Positions 59,364 through 64,000 of a DNA stretch of 64,000 bases are shown one piece after another. Position numbers and translations under genes: made by a program. Source of the stretch: an uncultured delta proteobacterium. Lineage in GTDB: Bacteria > Desulfobacterota > Binatia > Binatales > Binataceae. The stretch lies in contig CAWHWI010000003.1 of NCBI GenBank assembly GCA_963833025.1, positions 618,338 to 682,337 of the forward strand, written 5' to 3'. How positions within the stretch are numbered: the stretch's first letter is position 1; every line of letters begins with the position of its first letter. The notes under the pieces are model-generated. The model was given only the letters and a program-made list of their open reading frames with translations. It was not told the origin of the DNA and did not search any database.

Positions 59364-59603
59364 ATGTTCGCATGGATTCTAATCGGACTAATCTCGGGAT
59401 GGCTGGCCGGCAAAATCCTCAACGGCAACGGCTACGGAATGATGTGCGACATCGGACTAGGCCTGCTCGGCGGAGTAGTCGGCGGAATGATATTTCAAGT
59501 GCTGGGCGTGCAAGCCCACAACTTCATAGGCGCCATCCTGATGTCCACGGCAGGCGCCACCGCACTGGTGGTAGCAACCAGGATACTACGCGACGAAATC
59601 TGA
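59364..59603 (+). CDS. GlsB/YeaQ/YmgE family small membrane protein
   Basis: MFAWILIGLISGWLAGKIL...GLLGGVVGGMIF; GGGAGGA SD. Confidence 0.82.
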   Translation: MFAWILIGLISGWLAGKILNGNGYGMMCDIGLGLLGGVVGGMIFQVLGVQAHNFIGAILMSTAGATALVVATRILRDEI

Positions 59604-59630
59604 AAAAGTCTTCTCGTATTTCTTGTCCTG

Positions 59631-59797
59631 ATCCTAAGCTCTCCTTGTCCGAGGAGAGGTTAGGATCTTCCCCTTTACAAACTTCTAACAGGGACGAAGT
59701 CCCGCATCTTTCTTAGCACTGGGTGCAGGGGTCACCCCTGCCGAAGGAAGTGTGAAACCCACCGCGGGTTTCACATTAAACAATTGATTTCCCCTTC
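59631..59797 (+). repeat. multi-hairpin intergenic repeat element, copy 4, full length (A-B-C-D-tail)
   Basis: tcctaagctctccttgtccgaggagaggttagga...ctaacagggacgaagtcccgcatc...gcaggggtcacccctgc...gtgaaacccaccgcgggtttcacattaaacaattgatttcccc. Confidence 0.88.
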
Positions 59798-60649
59798 CTA
59801 TACATACAACGACGCGATCTTCTTCAGCGTCCCCTCCGCACTCTCGAACGTGAGAGCTCCCAACCCCGCGACAAACCGCCCCGCGCCCGCCGCGGCAAAC
59901 TCCTTCAGCCCGTCCTGCACCTGCGCGCGATCGCCGCGGATTCCGCCCATGATCGTGATGTCCAACTCCGCGAAATTCCTGCCGGCCGCCGCGCACTCGC
60001 GCTTGAGTTCATCGACGCGCGTTTTCAATTGCGCCGCGTTCAACGCGATAGGGCACCATCCGTCCGCCCACTTCGCCACGCGCTTGAGCGCGTTCTTGTC
60101 CAGGCTGCCGATCAGCACGGGAGGCCCCGACTTCTGCGCCGGTTTCGGCAGCGACTTCACCGGCGGAAACTTGACGTACTTGCCGTCGCATGACGATTGA
60201 TCTTCGGTCCACAGCTTGCGCATCGCGGCGACAATCTCGGCGGTTTCGCTCCAGCGATGAGGGAAATCGACGCCGAACAAATCGCTCTCCTCGCGCAGCC
60301 ATCCCGCGCCGATCCCGAACAGCAAGCGGCCGCCCGAGTACGTGTCCAGAGTCGCGATCTGCTTGGCCAGCGCAAGCGGCTCATGCTCCGGGACGAGACA
60401 GATTCCGGTGGCAAGTTTCAGATTTTTGGTAACCGCAGCCGCCATGCTGAGCGCGATCATCTGATCGGCCATCGTGAAGTACTGCGGCGGAATCGGCCCT
60501 CCGGTAGGAAACTGCTGGACGGGATTAGCGGGCATCGCCGGATGCTCAGGCACCCAAATCGACTCGAACCCAAGCGATTCTGCGACTCGTGCAAATTCCG
60601 CAGGATGAGCATTCGTGCCGGTGAACGGCGTCAGCAATCCAATTTTCAT
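59798..60649 (-). CDS. LLM class (luciferase-like) F420-dependent oxidoreductase
   Basis: MKIGLLTPF...LPKPAQ.. LLM fold; AAGGAG SD before ATG 60649. Confidence 0.8.
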   Translation of the reverse strand: MKIGLLTPFTGTNAHPAEFARVAESLGFESIWVPEHPAMPANPVQQFPTGGPIPPQYFTMADQMIALSMAAAVTKNLKLATGICLVPEHEPLALAKQIATLDTYSGGRLLFGIGAGWLREESDLFGVDFPHRWSETAEIVAAMRKLWTEDQSSCDGKYVKFPPVKSLPKPAQKSGPPVLIGSLDKNALKRVAKWADGWCPIALNAAQLKTRVDELKRECAAAGRNFAELDITIMGGIRGDRAQVQDGLKEFAAAGAGRFVAGLGALTFESAEGTLKKIASLYV

Positions 60650-60713
60650 TTTTTCTCTCCTTGTCAGAGTCCCCAGTTCTAACAAATCCTCCCGTGAATA
60701 ACCTCACGCCCGG

Positions 60714-60882
60714 GTCCTAACCTTTCCTTGTCCGAGGAGAGGTTAGGATCTTCCCCTAACAAAGTTCTAACAGGGACGAAGTCCCGCATCTTTTCTTAGT
60801 ACTGGGTGCAGGGGTCACCCCTGCCCAAGGAAGCGTGAAACCCAGGAGGAGTTTCACATTAAATTAAGTGATTTCCCGTTCC
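60714..60882 (+). repeat. multi-hairpin intergenic repeat element, copy 5, full length (A-B-C-D-tail)
   Basis: gtcctaacctttccttgtccgaggagaggttagga...gttctaacagggacgaagtcccgcatc...gcaggggtcacccctgc...gtgaaacccaggaggagtttcacattaaattaagtgatttccc. Confidence 0.88.
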
Positions 60883-61359
60883 CTATTTCCACCCGAAGAA
60901 ATCCTTCGCAGTGACGAACTTCGCGACGCCGGCTGCTTCGCCCGCCAGCCGGTCGACTTCCTGATCGCCGACCATTGTCGACGACGCCAGATCGACGCCG
61001 TACAAATCCGCGAGCTCCGTGATCATGCCGCCCTTCGGCTTGCGACATTCGCAGTAGTCGTCGTCCGTATGCTGGCAGACTTGCCATCCGGTCAGGATAT
61101 CGCCGAGTTGGTTGTCGAGTTCCTCGAGCGCAGCCTCGACTTTCTCCGCCGTGAGACGGCCGCGCCGGATTCCGGCCTGGTTGGTCACGACGAACATCAG
61201 ACGGTTATGCAGTGGCCGGAGCTTCTCGGCCACGCCGGGCAGCAGTTCGACTACGATATTTCCGTCGGCGTCGAGCGGAATCTCGCGCGACTCGTTCAGC
61301 TTGACGAGCGTGCCGCCCAGATCGAAGAACAGCGCCGCGTTGCCATTCGGATTGGCCAT
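60883..61359 (-). CDS. HAD-IIIA family phosphatase (GmhB/histidinol-phosphatase-like)
   Basis: FFDLGGTLV motif I and VTNQAG motif II. Confidence 0.72.
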   Translation of the reverse strand: MANPNGNAALFFDLGGTLVKLNESREIPLDADGNIVVELLPGVAEKLRPLHNRLMFVVTNQAGIRRGRLTAEKVEAALEELDNQLGDILTGWQVCQHTDDDYCECRKPKGGMITELADLYGVDLASSTMVGDQEVDRLAGEAAGVAKFVTAKDFFGWK

Positions 61360-61374
61360 CGAAAAAGATTTCGC

Positions 61375-62751
61375 TTACGCGTGGCGCCAGTCAACGTGGT
61401 CGCGAACGTGCGCGAACACTTCGTCCATTATTTCGACGCCGGCTTCGGCCTGCGCCTCGGTAATCACCAGCGACGGGTTGATTCGAATCTTTGGAAAGTA
61501 ACCCATGATCACCAGCCCGCGCTTCAGGCATTCGGTGAAGATCAGCTCGGTGACTTTTTTGCTGAACAGTTCCCTGGTTTCGAGATCCCGCACCAGCTCG
61601 ACGCCTATCAGCAGCCCCTTGCCGCGGACGTCGCCGACAAATTCGTATTTTTCCTTGAGCTGCACCAGCCGCGACAGCATCATCGCGCCGACCTTGCGCG
61701 CGTTTTCCACCAGATGCTGCCGCTGAATTGCGCCGATCGTTTCCGACACCGCGACCGCCGCCAGCGGATTTCCGCCGTAGCTCGACGACGACGCGCTCGG
61801 CTTGCCGAACGGCTCCGCCTTGCCCAGCTCATCGCTAAGCAACACGCCCGAAACCGGGAATCCCGAGCCCATCCCCTTGCCGACGGTGACGATATCGGGA
61901 CGAGTGCCGCTGTGCTCGACGCCCCACCATTTTCCGGTCCGTCCGAAGCCGGTGATCATCTCGTCGGCAATCAACAGCGCGCCGAAATCCTTCGCCACCG
62001 ACTTGACCGCGGGCAGCCAGTCGTCGGGCGGAATCACGTTGCCGGCCGTGCCCTGCATCGGCTCGGCGACGATCGCGGCGAGCGCGCCGCTGGAACTCAT
62101 CTTGATCTGCTGACGCGCAAAATCGACGCAGTAAAGCCCGCAGTCTGGATACTTCAGCTTGAACGGGCATCGGTAGCAGTCCGCGTACGGAACCGTATAT
62201 TGCCCGCCCTGCAACGGCCCGTAGCCTTGCTTCGATTCGTCGCCGATAAGTCCCAAAACGCCGCCGGTCTTGCCATGGAACCCGCCCCAGAAACTCACCG
62301 CCTCATGCTTGCCGGTCGCGGAACGCGCCAGCCTGAGAGCGGCTTCGACCGCCTCGGCGCCGCCGCTATACAGATGTGCGCGAGTAAGTCCCGCGGGCGC
62401 GACTTCGGCCAGCGCCTTGAACGCGGCCGCGCGCTCTTTGGTCGCAAACGTGCCGACTATCAGCCGCGACGCCTGCTTGGACAGCGCCTGCGCGAGGCCA
62501 GGATGCGCATGACCCAGGCTCGCGACCGCAACTCCCGCGAAGAAATCGACGTAGGTGTTGCCGTCGGCGTCGGTGAGGGTTGCGCCCTCGCCATGATCGA
62601 ACGCGAGGCCGGCGAGCAGCGAGATTCGCTGGCGGCCCGGCGCGATATATTTTTGTTCGAGGTCGAAGATCTCCTTCGACTTGGGTCCCGGAACTGATGT
62701 CTTGATTGAAGGAAGCTTTCCGTTGGTGGTTGTCTTCAAGGTGGTTGTCAT
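61375..62751 (-). CDS. class III (PLP-dependent) aminotransferase; candidate hopanoid aminotransferase HpnO-like
   Basis: GGAEAVEAALRLAR, ADEMITGFGRTG and VTVGKGMGSG (PLP-binding Lys) signatures. Confidence 0.83.
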   Translation of the reverse strand: MTTTLKTTTNGKLPSIKTSVPGPKSKEIFDLEQKYIAPGRQRISLLAGLAFDHGEGATLTDADGNTYVDFFAGVAVASLGHAHPGLAQALSKQASRLIVGTFATKERAAAFKALAEVAPAGLTRAHLYSGGAEAVEAALRLARSATGKHEAVSFWGGFHGKTGGVLGLIGDESKQGYGPLQGGQYTVPYADCYRCPFKLKYPDCGLYCVDFARQQIKMSSSGALAAIVAEPMQGTAGNVIPPDDWLPAVKSVAKDFGALLIADEMITGFGRTGKWWGVEHSGTRPDIVTVGKGMGSGFPVSGVLLSDELGKAEPFGKPSASSSSYGGNPLAAVAVSETIGAIQRQHLVENARKVGAMMLSRLVQLKEKYEFVGDVRGKGLLIGVELVRDLETRELFSKKVTELIFTECLKRGLVIMGYFPKIRINPSLVITEAQAEAGVEIMDEVFAHVRDHVDWRHA

Positions 62752-62798
62752 TAAATGGTGTGCGATTCGATTCCTCGTTTTAATTACCGGCGCGATTT

Positions 62799-63620
62799 CT
62801 AGCGCGGGCGACCCAGCAGACTTATCGCACGGCGCGCAATCGCGCGAGCGGCCGGTCCGCGCACGCGACTGTAGCTGGGCCAGTCGTTAAAATCGATAAT
62901 CGCAAACCGATCGCCACTCAAGACCGCGTCTCCGCCCCACGCTTCGAGTCCGAGCGCGCCGGCGGCAGCCGAAGCCGCTTCCGACAGCGCGCGCACGGCG
63001 GCTTCGGCAACTTCCTCGCCGTCGGGATGCACGCTGAAATGCGCCCCGCCGCTGACGCCGTAGAATTTGACGACGCGGCCGAGCACTTCCTGCTGCACGT
63101 ATGCGAAGCGGATTCCGCGCCGCGCGAAGTTGGCCAAAATCGACTCGATCTCGGCGCGATCGGCCGCATGCTGCACGTCTTCGGGCGCCAGCGCATGCAA
63201 GTCGCCGCGCTTGACGAACACGCCCGCCGACAAATCAAGGCCGGCCAGTTTGCGCGCATCGAGTGGCTCGTCCGCCGCGATCAGCGCCCCCGGCGGAGTC
63301 GGCACGCCGGCGCGCTCGAGGCCGGGCGCGAGCAGGTCGCGGTAACAGTTGCGAATCGACAACGCGGAGTTGATCGCGACCGCGCCCGCCTGCTCGACTG
63401 CGGCCAGCCGCTTGAGCGCGCGCGGGCCCTGGCACATCGGCAGCACGAGATCCACGCGCGGCGCTGCGCCCGACGCGAAGCTCACCGCATCGACCGCATC
63501 GGTCTCGACCCCTTCGCGCTTCAGCTCCGCCAGGGTCGCGTCGAGAATCGCGGCGTCGGCCTCAACCTTGCCCGGTGAAAACTCGGGTTCCCGGTAAATT
63601 CCCAAAGCTCGATTGCTCAT
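62799..63620 (-). CDS. hypothetical protein, possibly ATP-grasp-like
   Basis: 273-aa ORF co-oriented and near-contiguous with neighbours; only weak ATP-grasp-like features. Confidence 0.35.
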   Translation of the reverse strand: MSNRALGIYREPEFSPGKVEADAAILDATLAELKREGVETDAVDAVSFASGAAPRVDLVLPMCQGPRALKRLAAVEQAGAVAINSALSIRNCYRDLLAPGLERAGVPTPPGALIAADEPLDARKLAGLDLSAGVFVKRGDLHALAPEDVQHAADRAEIESILANFARRGIRFAYVQQEVLGRVVKFYGVSGGAHFSVHPDGEEVAEAAVRALSEAASAAAGALGLEAWGGDAVLSGDRFAIIDFNDWPSYSRVRGPAARAIARRAISLLGRPR

Positions 63621-64000
63621 GGCATCTTCCGTATTGCGAGGCGCGCGGCGTCGAGGTCCGACGCTTCATCCACGTCGATCGATCCTTCGATCTCGATCGC
63701 ATCCAGCCGCATCCCGCGTTCGATGATCATCGCGAGGAAGCGGCGGAGTGCGTCGAGGCCCGTGCGGCGCGCATCGGCGGCGAAGTTGAAAATGCTGGTC
63801 GACAGGAAATACAGTCCCGCCGTCACCAAAGAAGTCTGACCGCTACCCAGCCGCTGGATCAAGCCGTTTTCTGTTACATCTGCGAAAAGCGGTTTGGCCT
63901 CACCACGCCATCGCGTGACGGCCAGCACGCCCACCAGACTTTTGTCGCCACACTCCTCGATTTTCCGCCGCGACTCATTAACAAAACGCGCCAATTCCGC
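63617..64000 (-). CDS. sugar-phosphate nucleotidyltransferase, 3' part only (gene continues past window end)
   Basis: C-terminal region GLYFLSTSIF...IEIEGSIDV resembles NDP-sugar pyrophosphorylases; N-terminus outside window. Confidence 0.45.
   Translation of the reverse strand, partial: AELARFVNESRRKIEECGDKSLVGVLAVTRWRGEAKPLFADVTENGLIQRLGSGQTSLVTAGLYFLSTSIFNFAADARRTGLDALRRFLAMIIERGMRLDAIEIEGSIDVDEASDLDAARLAIRKMP

Noticed and set aside
59306-59716. 136-aa ORF overlapping the YeaQ/GlsB gene
   Set aside because: In a different frame from the well-conserved 79-aa GlsB/YeaQ/YmgE protein, which has a strong SD.
1034-60882. CRISPR array or intrinsic terminators as an explanation for the repeats
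   Set aside because: Copies are tens of kb apart with no regular spacers. Hairpins are not followed by U tracts on either strand.
1-64000. tRNA/rRNA genes
   Set aside because: No cloverleaf-like T-arm (GGTTCGANTCC) or rRNA-like segments were found in any intergenic region on visual scan. A tRNAscan run would be definitive.

Overview
GC-rich bacterial chromosomal segment, read from the sequence alone. Coding density is high and most genes are on the minus strand. From left to right: (1) the 5' end of accB with aroQ, then rsmI and purU. (2) An 11-gene complex I operon, nuoA-B-C-D-H-I-J-K-L-M-N, with no nuoEFG; nuoD carries an apparent single-base frameshift. (3) Two small zinc-ribbon genes next to a ~410-bp foldback repeat element. 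(4) Housekeeping and accessory genes: GT39 glycosyltransferase, isoaspartyl peptidase, Tam-like methyltransferase, hydrolases, two SDR oxidoreductases, a Vgb-like lipoprotein, a CoA transferase and malQ. (5) A likely stress/xenobiotic cluster: haloalkane dehalogenase, ArsR, four tandem SRPBCC/AHSA1 paralogs and a gene remnant. (6) A BNR-repeat protein, a MoaD/ThiS-like Ubl, a small ORF and a transglutaminase-like protein. (7) A thioredoxin-fold (redoxin) gene with an in-frame TGA exactly at the redox-active Cys position, i.e. a candidate selenoprotein. (8) An extended hopanoid biosynthesis region: hpnK/hpnG, then hpnH-ispA-ADH-shc-dxr-hpnC-hpnD-hpnE-hpnA as one minus-strand operon behind a TetR gene, plus candidate hpnJ and hpnO genes. 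(9) A sugar-modification-like gene group at the right edge. The most distinctive non-genic signal is a family of multi-hairpin intergenic repeat elements. Each full copy has four palindromic modules A-B-C-D and an AT-rich tail. Six copies are present, all with B-C-D in the same orientation. One is a composite inverted-repeat (foldback) version. One copy shows apparent insertion footprints. Two full copies bracket a single gene. No tRNA, rRNA or CRISPR array was found.
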